Assembly (NCBI RefSeq): GCF_026571515.1 | Contig: NW_026852746.1 | Span: forward strand, 62,001-126,000 | Direction: 5' to 3' | DNA: 64,000 nt | DNA from: Ruditapes philippinarum | Taxonomy: Eukaryota | In this document: one piece after another, positions 43,201 to 54,900 of the stretch | Position numbering within the stretch: position 1 is the stretch's first letter | Layout of the letters: every line of letters starts with the position of its first letter | The notes under the pieces: generated by a model | What the model saw: the letters and a program-made list of their open reading frames with translations, nothing else | The model's database searches: none | Told to the model about the DNA's origin: nothing | Translations under genes and position numbers: made by a program

Positions 43201-44393
43201 AACCTTGATGATAGTAATATTAGTTTTAGCTAATAAAAAAGAACATACCAGCAGTTTGTAATTAATTGTTTGAATTCAACATTCTTGTTTGTTTTTCATT
43301 ATACGAGTATGTAATGGTACCGATCAGGTTAATTGTTTTCTTGGTGATTGATAACCGCGTAAGTATCTGAACACAAGGTTTCTAGGGTATAGCCCTCCTA
43401 CATTTTCAATCATGTTTATACAAATGGCATCTGCTCTTGTTAGTCTGAAAAACGGATTAAGTTGTGTTTAAATCAAACGAAATTTACTATAAAGCTAACC
43501 TCTTTTAGTCTATGCCTTTCAAGATAAAAACCAAATGGTAGAAAGAATCAAATGTTATGTTACACTTTTCAATTTACTAACCGGATGTCACCCTGTACTG
43601 ATTTTAGCCAACTATAAAGATGACGACGTACTGGGTTTTAGACAAGAACGAATTTGACAGTGGAAATTTAGATCCTACAGAACGAAGCTCTATTGACGAG
43701 AATATAACAGGAAATCAACGTATGTCGTCTTACTTTGAGCGAAAAAGAAATTCCGTGCAGAGCATTGCTTCAGGTTTGTGTTCTTTATTTTAATTATGGT
43801 TCATTATAGAATCATTCGTTAAAAGAAAAGGTGGTTAAGGGGGTGAAGCCTTCCCAAGAACCTTTAGACCATTTGATTTTTTTTTCTGAGCCCGCCAACA
43901 CCACAAGAAACAGGGGTGATTGTTATTTGTTTAAACGTAAGAAACAACCAAGCCAAAAATGCCTTAAAATTGTTTTTTTAAAAGAAGATACTAACAAGAA
44001 AAATGTATAGAATCTACATTACAATGTGGTTATTTTCGCAGTTCAACGTATGTGTGAAATATGCATCCCTGGTCAATACAACGATTATAAAAGTAACAAT
44101 AGAAAATTGCAACTGACCTTCAAATTGTATTGCAACTTGCATGTTTTCACAACATGGAAATTGATGTTAACTGTTAATAGAGTGATAGTTGAAGTTTCAC
44201 CTTTTGTAAGTTTGCTTTTTTAAGGATTGATCTATGATTTCTTTAGGCAAATACATGTACCACTAGGTGTTATTGCATTATATTTTATTTCTTAATTTCA
44301 GAATCCAGCGATGATAACAAAGGTTTGCCTCCCTCCCTTTTGAAAATGCCGGCTAATGAATGGAAAGAAGAAGAAATATTTGAAAAATGCTGA
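25271..44393 (+). CDS. NIT-domain-containing transmembrane guanylyl cyclase (NIT-GC), 15 coding exons, 688 aa
   Basis: Exons with GT-AG ends and matching phases: 25271-25284, 26435-26526, 28739-28893, 30538-30712, 34005-34143, 34567-34715, 37069-37240, 39007-39178, 39649-39816, 40515-40758, 41427-41564, 42070-42168, 42838-42929, 43608-43773, 44302-44393. They sum to 2067 nt and form an open frame. Protein order: TM1 ([21 protein letters not shown]); NIT motifs [36 protein letters not shown]; TM2 ([20 protein letters not shown]); coiled coil [14 protein letters not shown]; cyclase motifs [38 protein letters not shown]. The first two exons are less certain. Confidence 0.92.
25541..25809. mobile_element. 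MITE with imperfect TIRs in NIT-GC intron 1
   Basis: acggtgtcctgttagggcaatc...acacacatcactcgaaacaa vs ttgtttcgaattatgtgtgt...gatggccctaacgagacaccata. Confidence 0.65.
27170..28420. repeat. Degenerate AT-rich minisatellite (~70-90-bp units) in NIT-GC intron 2
   Basis: Recurring ttttcttatcattaactgaattataagtaac...acgttaca cores, e.g. at 27475, 27720, 27890, 28116. Confidence 0.7.
29771..29964. mobile_element. Foldback MITE family A, 5'-truncated copy
   Basis: gcgaccagcatggatc...gatccatgctggtcgcaaacccattatgttggttttgtcgtgacgcggctca. Confidence 0.85.
32123..32359. mobile_element. Foldback MITE family A (~237 bp, ~100-bp inverted arms)
   Basis: tgagccgcg...agcatggatcc...ctgatcaggatccatgctgttcgct / cgaacagcatggatcctgatcag...cggctca. 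Confidence 0.9.
33200..33854. mobile_element. Two adjacent Kolobok-like MITEs (33200-33485, 33490-33854) sharing one TTAA
   Basis: ttaa|aggcccatc...atgtct|ttaa|aggcacattat...aaatgcgcct|ttaa. Confidence 0.75.
35469..35811. mobile_element. Kolobok-like MITE
   Basis: ttaa|aggcacatta ... taatgtgcct|ttaa. Confidence 0.75.
36044..36280. mobile_element. Foldback MITE family A, near-intact copy
   Basis: Long inverted arms tgagccgcgtcatgacaaaaccaacata... / ...tatgttggttttgtcgtgacgcggctca. Confidence 0.92.
36703..36932. repeat. ~21-bp ctcgtggccacgac minisatellite plus TIR end (half copy of the element at 61685-62743)
   Basis: About nine units followed by ataaataaaaacacacacgtgtcacctttgtgcc. Confidence 0.9.
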
Positions 44394-45923
44394 ACATTTT
44401 AGACAGAGGTTTCTGGTTCTATTTATATAAAAATCTTGAAAATGGGTGATCTTTCGGTAGCGATGAAAACAACAAAATTACATGAAAATTGAGGACTTTG
44501 TTTGATTGAATCTATTCACGAGGGATAAAAATGAAATATTGCAAAATCACTCACACTCAGAATTTTAGCGGTATTAGACTTATTTTCAACATGTTAAGTT
44601 CTGTTACCAAAAATCTTGGAACTAGAAAAATATGAAGCTAAATGGCATAGTAAAAGGACAAAACTTAAAAAACTAAGAAAAATTGAGGCCAAGGTCATAT
44701 TCAATTCAGATATAGTACTTATTATCTATTAAATATCGTTTCCTACATACACAATTGAACATACACGTGGTCGCATGGGCAGTTAGACTGTATCTTAACT
44801 CGCTTTGTTATTTTTTTTCATAAATATATTCATTTTGTTTTAAACTTTGGATATTGCCATAACCCGGTGGTAGGATGGGGGTTGTTAGTTTTTTATTACT
44901 TCTCATAAACATGCTTGCTTAAACTAAGTCTGCTATGTTCATGTATTTTGTTGGTTTCATTGCTTGAAGGGAGCTTGCGCTTCCATATATTATAGGAAGC
45001 GCAAAGCAATAAAGAGAAGAATATTATGGTGTTTCGTGAAAATGCTTGATACCTATAAGTATACCATTTATAAAAGGAAAGATCTTGCTTCAGTTATGAA
45101 CACACTTCATTGAAATTTATTTGGGGAAATCGTGTAGAAACAAAAACAGAAAGCCAAATATAAATTATTGATAGGGAAATAGATAAAAGAAAATCATGTT
45201 ATTTGTAAACATGTGGGTAAATTAAAACTAAATATTGAAATTTGAGGGTCTTGCGTAATATTGCAGGAATGGTATCTATAATTTATTGTTTTTAGTTTAG
45301 TGTGTATTTTTGTTGTAGATTTAATGATATACTGTAAAACACCATGTACAAATAAATGTCTTTTTTGAAAATAAAGAGCGTTAAACTAGGGAAACGAGTA
45401 AGTTTTCTCTTGGCATATGACTACACATCCAGACCGATTCATGGAGTGTAGGGACTAGGGGTAACGGATTATATATATAGTTTATATCACAGATAAAACA
45501 TGTTGTTTTTTTTGTTGTTGTTGTTTTTTTTTATAATGTATTGATCAGTCACTGTGTTTTGATCTAATAAAACGCCCGATTCGACCTTATACGACTGGCA
45601 AAACTATTCAATAAAGCGAATTCGAAGTTATAGTGCTTCAAAGGGGATTTAACGTTGCACTGCTGGAGAACAAGAAGTTAACAAGGCCGGTTCGACTTTA
45701 TACTGCATGCAAACAAACAATTAACAAAGTAGATTCGACGTTAATCTGCTTTATATCGCAAAGCCTTCATGTCTTCATGTACACTATATATTCAAAGATG
45801 CTGTACAAGGAAAATTTTACAAACTTTTTTAACAGAAAATAAAACCTGGCACAGTTGATATGGACTATTTTGTCTTGCGCCCTGATTTCTTTTTACGTTA
45901 CAATCACGTGACTGATATTGTTT

Positions 45924-48900
45924 TTATACTTTCTGAGCGCCTTTAAGGTAGGCCTCTGTATGTATACTATGATTTACAATTTTCCACCGATCCATGTGAG
46001 GTCCTGTCAATGTGGTATCAAATTCATCGTCCTTGTCACCTTGACCCTGAAAAAAAAAACACACACACAAGAAACAGTGATCACGAACAAACTCACAGAA
46101 GAAGAAAGATTAAATACAGTAACGTAGGATACATAATTCGAGCTCAGTCGTTTATCCATATCTTCTACCATTGATTGAATCCCAATATTACAAACAGCTT
46201 TAAATATAACAAACCTGTCCGCAGACAGAACGCTGCTGGATAGTCAAATAAATGTAACAAAAAAGGACCATAACTTTGCAAACAATAATTTGAAGATTAT
46301 CTGCTCTTTGAAATAGCGTCTTTTTATGACTGTAATCAGTATGAAGTGAATAGCTTTGATAGTTTCTGAGAAAATCGATCTTGCAGTCACGAAAAGGTTA
46401 ACCGACGAAAACGCCAAAGCCGACGAGATGGTCATGACAACAGTTCCACTTCTTTTTTTTTCGAAAAGTGAAGAATAAGTAATTGTATCAAGGTAGATAA
46501 ACATGATGTATTGTTACATGAATAACCTTTTCCATTAGTTTCCCTTGCCATTCGACTTTCTATAATTATTATTTAAGTCGTTTGGCAATAAAACGTATCT
46601 TAAATTTGTATTTTCCATGCACTGTTAGTAGGCAACTGTAGCCATGTAGCGAACACGGTTTCCTTGCATATCAGGGGAGACCAGTGCAGAGTAAAAATCA
46701 GAAACTGTTTTTTCTTGGGAAGGAAATTAAGTTAAAAATCATTAATCTACAATTTTACCGTCTTTTCGACGACGAGTTCTTTAATTATATCGTATCTTCC
46801 TTGCGTTGAATAGAACTCCCAATCTGGCACGTGATCTGGTTTCGAAGGAGATCGAAGAAGGATTCCCTTACTTTTATCGAAAAATCCCCATGGTCGATTT
46901 GGTGACTGGTAACGCAAGTCCATAGCAAAGCGGATATGGTCGGATCGGTTTGGAACGCTGTGAGTGAAAATGTACAGTAAACCACGTGCATTTATATTGA
47001 TAATGTTATATTAATGATTGCAAGTTTTAATATTACAAGATGGTAAGCAATAGTTATATAGCAAACAACCCAATATACACAACCATCGAACCTGTTGAAA
47101 ACCTTTCTAAAAATCATTAATACTGCACAGTTCCTTTCATTTAAAGAAAAAAAATAAATGCACCAATTTACAGCAGCCGTGTAATATGCTATCTATAAGT
47201 TGAATAATAAAACTGCATGTTTGTAACGTCGCGGTTTTTTTAATTAAAGATTTTTTATGAATTATTCGCTATATAGTTTCTGGGCAGGTTATATGGCCGT
47301 ATATAAACGGTAATTTGCAATATAACCCTCTTTATAACTAATATTCTATCACTCCACGTGACTTTGTCACTGTAGACAAAGAAGGAAAAAAACGGTGTTA
47401 AACTGCAAATAAACACTGGTTAGGGACTACTTGTATATGCGGCTTTTATGCTTTCACCCTCGATTATATAGTTTACAAAGCCTTTTAAAGCAACAATAAA
47501 AAGCATTTTATTTATATTTTCAGTTTTTATAATGTTTTCTTTTCATACAATAGCGAAATAATATCTCACATACACTAACGCCACATATTTGATAAAATAT
47601 TTTAACAAACGACGCCAATCCGTAAGCAGCCTAATGACGTCATCCTAAGTAAACAACTCATTCAAAAACAAGCTGGCGTTATTTCATACAAACAAAAATG
47701 ATCAAATGTGCACTGATGTGAACACAATACGACGTAAGTTTTTATCGTTGAAATTTTGATAAACTAACGTTTTTTTCTTATTATTTATTTTGTTTAATAA
47801 TTTCTATATCTTTGCAACCAACAGTAGGGGGCGAAAATCGAACAGCGTTATACGAAAGTCGGCACCGGAAGTTATTTCGCTTGAAAAATTAACATTAGTG
47901 ATCTTCCTTATTTTATAGTGATAGAATCGAAATAACATCGGCCTGAGAGGTGTATATCGGCTATTTAACACCGGTTTGGAGTTTTGATGCGTAGGAATTG
48001 ACCACGAAGGCCGTAAATATAAGCGTCACTATAATCGAAATTACGTACGAGCAGTAAATTATAATGATAGTTATAAGATTGTTGATGGGTTACATGACCC
48101 AGTGATAACGGTTACGTAGCAAACATTGTTTATCCAAGGACATTTAACTTGATAATACTACATAATTGTTTACTTAAATAAAAAAAAGATAAATACAAAA
48201 ATTCAGCTATTCGGTCCTTATCAAATAGGATCAAAGTACCGAAAAGACCTTACATACGTATCATAAAATGAATATTTTACAGGTAACACATAGAATAAAT
48301 ACAATATGTAAAGGAAACTGATCAAATGTGCAAACCACTTGTTTCGAATATGCTACAAACCCCAGTTGTCGAATTCAATACATTGGAAAGTATTGCTGGA
48401 AGCAGTGGGTTGATGTTTGTAACGTTTCAGGATCAAAAACCATATTTAAACTATCATTATTTAATTGTGAAAGATTAAAAGTACCCTTTCTACACTAAAT
48501 ACCTTACACGTTTGATCAAAATGGTTGTTGCATCATAAGATGTACACCTTGCAATAATATATTACTGTTATGGTGTTGTACATATACATCTCCTTTTTTA
48601 AGGTTAAATGTCACAAATGAATTAGATTTTAGGTTAAAACTGACGAACCTTTTATGAGGCACCATATTATTGAAGAAAATCACTCCGCCAGCTTTAACTG
48701 GGCATGTAATGAAGTCGGTCTTCGGATTTGCACCTGTAAAAAAGTAGTCCGAATAAAATGTTGACTTTATTTTTATGAAATTCGTTCTTTCTGCGTGCAT
48801 ATTTTAAATCTAATGTGCCATTAAGGAAATAAATAAAAAAACTGTTTTTAAAAAGTTCACTTTTGTTCAAATATATTATATATTCTGTCAAGAAATATTG

Positions 48901-51900
48901 TTACCGTGCAGCCATTTTGTAGTTCTCACCACAGAAATAAGTGGCATTAAATTAATATGTTAACCTTTAGCCTGATCTGAGTGATCTTTATATCTTTTGC
49001 AAACAGCAGTCTCGTACCAGAACAGATGCTGAGATGCCAGGTACAAGACAGACGACATTTTAAGCAGACGACATATTTCCCGGCATGCAAATTATTAAGA
49101 TTTCCTTACCCAACCTCTCTATCAGTTCCTCTTCCTTTATTGTGAGATAGAAATTGTCACAGCACTCGTGCACAACGACTAAACCTTTCTTTTGCCCTCC
49201 TTTCATGAACTGTATAATATAAAAATAAGTAACTTGATAAAATTATATAGCAACTTTTGGTCAACTTTTGGTCAGCTTATGATTATTCGGCCCTTCCCGT
49301 TATCCGCTAATACAGAAATTACGTGCGTACTTTGGCAAAAATGGTCCATGGCTAAATGTGAAATTTATCTCATATATTTGATGCATATAAAACGTTTTTG
49401 AAACGTTCATATTTGCAAAATTTAGTAAAATTTATACTATTCATAACAACTATTTATTTTATAGCGGACTTAATATGAAAAAACAGATCCCCTACTATTG
49501 TTGTATATCAACCAATTCAATCATATAAGCCTCCTTATTAATAACAATATGGAAATGCCAAATTTTTAAGTGTGCGGACAGCTATATGTCCCTTTCTCGT
49601 AAGAAAAGGGTAATCATATGATGCGTATATGTGGTCTTTAAAAACTGTTTAACTTGTAATTAGGAGTTTTAAAAGATTAATAAGAACTTTATTCTCCTGT
49701 TAAGCATGCAGTTTAAATATATAAGGGCTTTTTCAATTTTAGGAGTGAACGCCTAATTATGGCATTGATAAACTTTATTAATAGGAGAGATAGAAAATCT
49801 TATCATAAGTTGTTACTTCCAACTTGATATGAATGTTTACTCAAAAGTAGGAGAAATTATCGGAATAACTACTTATCAGCACTTAAGAAGTTTTAAACGC
49901 CTTATTCAGAGAAATGAAGATAGCATTACGAGTTCAGAAGTAAATAAATTAGGAGGATTTTCAAAAGTCTAAATATAAAACAGCAACCTAATTTGGATCT
50001 AAAAAATTTTTAAACAAAAAAAAGGAAAAAAGAAATAAGAATCTTATTTCTCCTATTTTTTTAACTTCTAATTAGGATTTCTTTAAAAACCAATACAGTA
50101 AGGTCATATAGCGACTTTCCAACATTGCTGATACATAAAATGCTCTGCCCATGCAGCAGGCACTCGACGTTGTTTCAACGTTGAAACAACGTTGAAATAT
50201 GGTCGTGACGTTGTTCAACCAATATTCAACTATGGACAACCATATTCGGATATAATGCCAATGTATATACAACGTTGAATCAACGTTGTTTATGGTCGAA
50301 GTTTTACATTTAGTTTAATCATTATATAAACTTTTATACCACTAACTTTGTGATATTATTCCTTTATTGAATTAGTCTGTGAGTGATTTTTGTCAGGAAA
50401 ACTTGCGTTACAATCTTTTTCCGTATATTCAAAATTAGCGCTTAAACAAATAAAGTTGGAAATAATTTTTCACTTTCTATTAACGCTTTAAATATTAGTT
50501 AATATGTTTTGTTGTTTGCTGTTTTTTAGTTCTTTATGAATAATATTAATTATTAAATTGATATTAGTCAAAACCCCGATTATAAAATAACGCTGGTCAG
50601 GGGAAGTAACTGTTGCGGTCTATGATTTTGTTTGTTGCCTATGATTATCGTTCGTGCAAATGGCGGCGCTGTTTGGAAAATTTGAAAACAACACGATTGG
50701 CAATTTATATTGATTTCGAAGGTATTACCCTTATGTTTTACTTTAGTTTACTGATTATTTTCTATATTATTATTATTTATTCTTTAAATTCTACTTAAAT
50801 TTGCTTTATGAAATAAATGAGAGATGAAAACACATGATTGAGTTGATTTGACACGTTTTCGCGACCTAATTGGGTTCGGTAGGCCTTTCAAGCATTAAGT
50901 TATTGTTGTCCTTGGCATTTTATGATTTTACAAATCTTGTCTTTCTTTAATTTATTTTTCATATTATTAAACATTTGTCTGTACTATATCCTTTTTAGAA
51001 TTTAATCAATTTTAAAATTGAAACCTAAATTCTATAAAGTAGTTCGGCCCACTTAATTTACGTCCCAAGACGATTCGTCAATATATATAACTATGCTTTA
51101 TTTTAGTGATAGTATAATACAGTGTTAATTAGTTTGAAAAAAATACATTATTATTAAGTTAAATGACAAATTTGAGTGTTAAAGTTTTATAGTCGTAAAT
51201 TTATGGGGAATAATAAATCTATTTCTATTTTATTATATAATTATTATTATAATTTATTTTATATTCTAGATCCTGGTCCTGGCTGAAATTTAGAGTATTG
51301 CAGCTGTAGCCTGTATACCATACATTCAACATGAAAAGAACTGTCAGGTTTGTTAAATTGAAATTTTTTCTTATTATATAATATTAATTTATATATTTAA
51401 ATTTCTTTACAATACAAAGTATAAATTTTTCAAATACTGGATATTTATCTTGTCTTAAAATATATTTTTTGCGGAATATTCCTGTAACATTATTAATATA
51501 AAATTTACATGTTTGTTGATTTCAGGATGCTGCATAAAATGGTCTTAGCTAGAGCCTAGAATGTTAATTTCTTGGGAATATGCTGCAAGGAACTGACGGG
51601 GAGCAGTTTTTCTTACCAATCACAGGTGAGACTTTGAAATAGCTTCTTTTTAAAAAAGATTTTGTTGTCTTATATACAGTATTTGCTGTCAATATCAAAC
51701 TTAGCTATGTTTCAATTTCTATGCTGTTTTATGATGTAAATCTTAGAGAAAAGCATTTTAAGATAAAAACAAATCACTACTTAAGTTGCGTAATTATATG
51801 TACAATTTTAGATTGACCAAGTCACTTTTAACTACAAACTTCTTATTTTTATTTGCAGAAGCAGTAAGAGACAGCCAAAGAAGTACTCAAACACTTGACA

Positions 51901-54900
51901 TACCCAGAAAGATCTAGAAGAAAAGATTGGAACAGATTGTAGCTTAATTGTTAAAACTATTAAAGTGAATTTAAGCAGCACTTGAACTGTATTTTTGAAA
52001 TAAAATAACTGAAGTATTTAATATTGTCTTGATATTTTGCTAAACTTGGTTAACTTGGTTACTTTGCTTTATATCCAAAAATTAAAGTATGGTGGGTTTT
52101 CAACGTTGAAATGACATTGAAACTTCAACGTTGTGCCAACGTTGAAGCTGCAACGTTGTATCAACGTTGAAATTTCAACGTTGTTTCAACTTTCAAATCC
52201 GAATATAAATCCAACCTTATTTCAACGTTGAAATCTGACCATAATTTAACGTTGAAACAACGTTGATGTGCCTGCTGGGTGGTGCACCTCCGTGTACGAA
52301 CAGGAACTTGAGTAGAACCACCAACATTCCGTAAATTTGCTGAATAGTTTCCTCACATGAAAGAATCCTGAAATTCCTGGCAGGATTCGAACCCACATCG
52401 GTGAATGGCAGTTATCAATTTGCAAAAGTATGCAAAACAATATGCTTGAAAGATTTTAGTATTATATTCACCTAACATAAAACGTAGATGCATATTATCT
52501 TCATTTGTTTTTAATTTTAATTGCAAAAAAGGATATTTAAAGTGAATTGGTCAATGATGGAAAGTATGTAATACAATACATATTTATGCTTAATGTTATC
52601 TTAAACCATCAAAGAATTTAATGTATATGTTGATAATTAAATGTTCTAGAAAAAAATATTGGTAATTCATAATACATGTATAAATGCTATATTAAATCAT
52701 GTAGAATTAGATCAGCAGTTTTGTTAAAGAAATATTTTGTAAGCATATCAGAGAGTTGATCATGCATTCTTGGCAACGTGTTCCTGATAGCTCAGTCCGT
52801 TCGTGTTATTCATGGCCGCTGCATTATTTCTTAAATGTAAGCAAATGATAAGATACGTTAGTGTTCTTTTCAGCAATGAATTATACAGATTTATCTTTGC
52901 TGTTCTGTTATTGCAAACAATAAACTAAAGAACATTACCTGCATACACCCGTTTTCAGGCGTTGCATCAACAAAAGATACCCACGCTGTTACTATCAAAG
53001 TTTGGTAACTCTCATCGTCAAAGTACGCTGAATCTAAGGGAGACAATTTCACTATCTTATTAAAATACAAAATACCCATACAGTTTGGAACGCACCCTCT
53101 ATATTTTTATCTGATGAAATGTTCATAAATAAAGTATACGTTTGCAGAAATTGGGTACAAAACCCATTATTATTAGTGACGTTCCTAAAGGCAAATATCT
53201 TTCTTCATTGGATCGTCATCTGTTTAGAATATGTTATTTAAACAAGCAATCAAATGTTTGAATTTTACCTTGATGCCAGGGAACATCCGTTTCTCTGTGA
53301 CCTGGCGTCTTTGGCCTGGTGTTCCAGACGGGGCTCGCACCTATTTCCGGTCCGATAAGTTGTTCCATTGCGTCAAGTAACTTACTATTCTGATACAGAT
53401 CACGGAACTCCTGAAAAAAAAGCAACATTTTAGACCTTAGATTTAGAACCCTGTTCATTTGAATAGTGTCTTCATAATTCACACATTGTACATGTAGACA
53501 ATGCTGTGAAGTAGCTTATACATTTGTTGATAAAAGATACAGAATAATGTTAAAAGCATAATCATGATGATATTACATATTTTATTTATTCTTTTTTACG
53601 TGTATTTACTGTTATAGTACCCTGTTCTGATTAATGGCAAATCTGGCTTCATACTTATCAACAAATAATTCTGTTCGAAAGGTATTGGACCTTTTTTCTT
53701 TTAATCTCTTGTAAAGCTGGACCAAAGACCAAAACATGGAAAAGTTCGTTAAATTTGTCGTTTTCAAGCGTTTTAACTGCTCTAAGTGTTGTTTATACCA
53801 TACATAATTACTCTTTTTGTCCCTGTTGTTTTCAATGTTGTTGTTGTTGTAGTTGTTGTTGTTGTTGTTCTAGAAGTAGTAACAATACTTACGGGAGTGA
53901 GTTTATTTGTCTTCAGAAGAAGGAGAACAGCACCCGGCCATTCCTTTTCTAGAGCTATAAGCCTGTCACTTAGATTAAGATCTTTGTATAAATCTGAAAA
54001 CAAGAATAAAACAAGAGTAAATATGGTAAAAATTTGTTCTGCATTCGGTAATACTTCGTTGAACTCCGTAAAAGCACGGACATATTATATCTTATCAAAG
54101 TATTTTAATATAATAAAAGCAAATAGATCTATTTTAAACAAACAAATACAGTCTTCTTTTAAAGATTCTTGTATTGTTAATTCTAAACTTTTAAACTTTT
54201 AAAGTTTTTTTTCTTCTTAACATTAATCTGTATTTATTATCTATGATTTACTTTTAATTCGTCCGGAATCATAAAGCTTGTGAGCCAGTCCGTCGACGAG
54301 GCGAGCGTATGAGTCTAGGCAGGGCTGTATCTCCTCGGGACTGAAGAACCCCTCCACCACCGTAAATCCCTAAATAAACGTAAATAATTAAGAGCGTTTT
54401 AAAGGCCCATTATGCCCCAGAAATGCCTTATTTTATTTCTCAAATGTTTTTTTTTTCCTTAAATTTGGTGTAATTTTTATATATCCAAAGAGTTACTCAT
54501 TGGCCAATTACATGTACCGGAACCATCTTATTCATCTGTTGCCTTTTGTCAATAACTAATAAGTACAGTTATAGTGAATAAGTATATATATTTGGTTTGA
54601 AAGTCAAATTATTATTTTGTTTACATTTTTCTACTTTTATGACAATTATTTACACAATAATCGCTACTTTCTTTAGGTAACAAGCAACTAACATTTCTCT
54701 AAAACCATTGTCTAAATATCTTAAAATTTGTATTTGCCCTTTTTAAAAAAAATAGTATTTGTTTCTGAGACAAAATGTGCCTTTAATAGTAATCCTAACC
54801 ACTAGGAAACCAAAGAACTGAAACTACCTGAAACTTTATTATGAGCCGTGTCACTACAAAACAAACATAATGCGTTTGCATCCGCGCAGTCTGATCAGGA

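Noticed and set aside
53786-54202. 138-aa ORF with a poly-Val, TM-like stretch
   Set aside because: It comes from a (GTT)n microsatellite and the antisense strand of PhyH exon 3.
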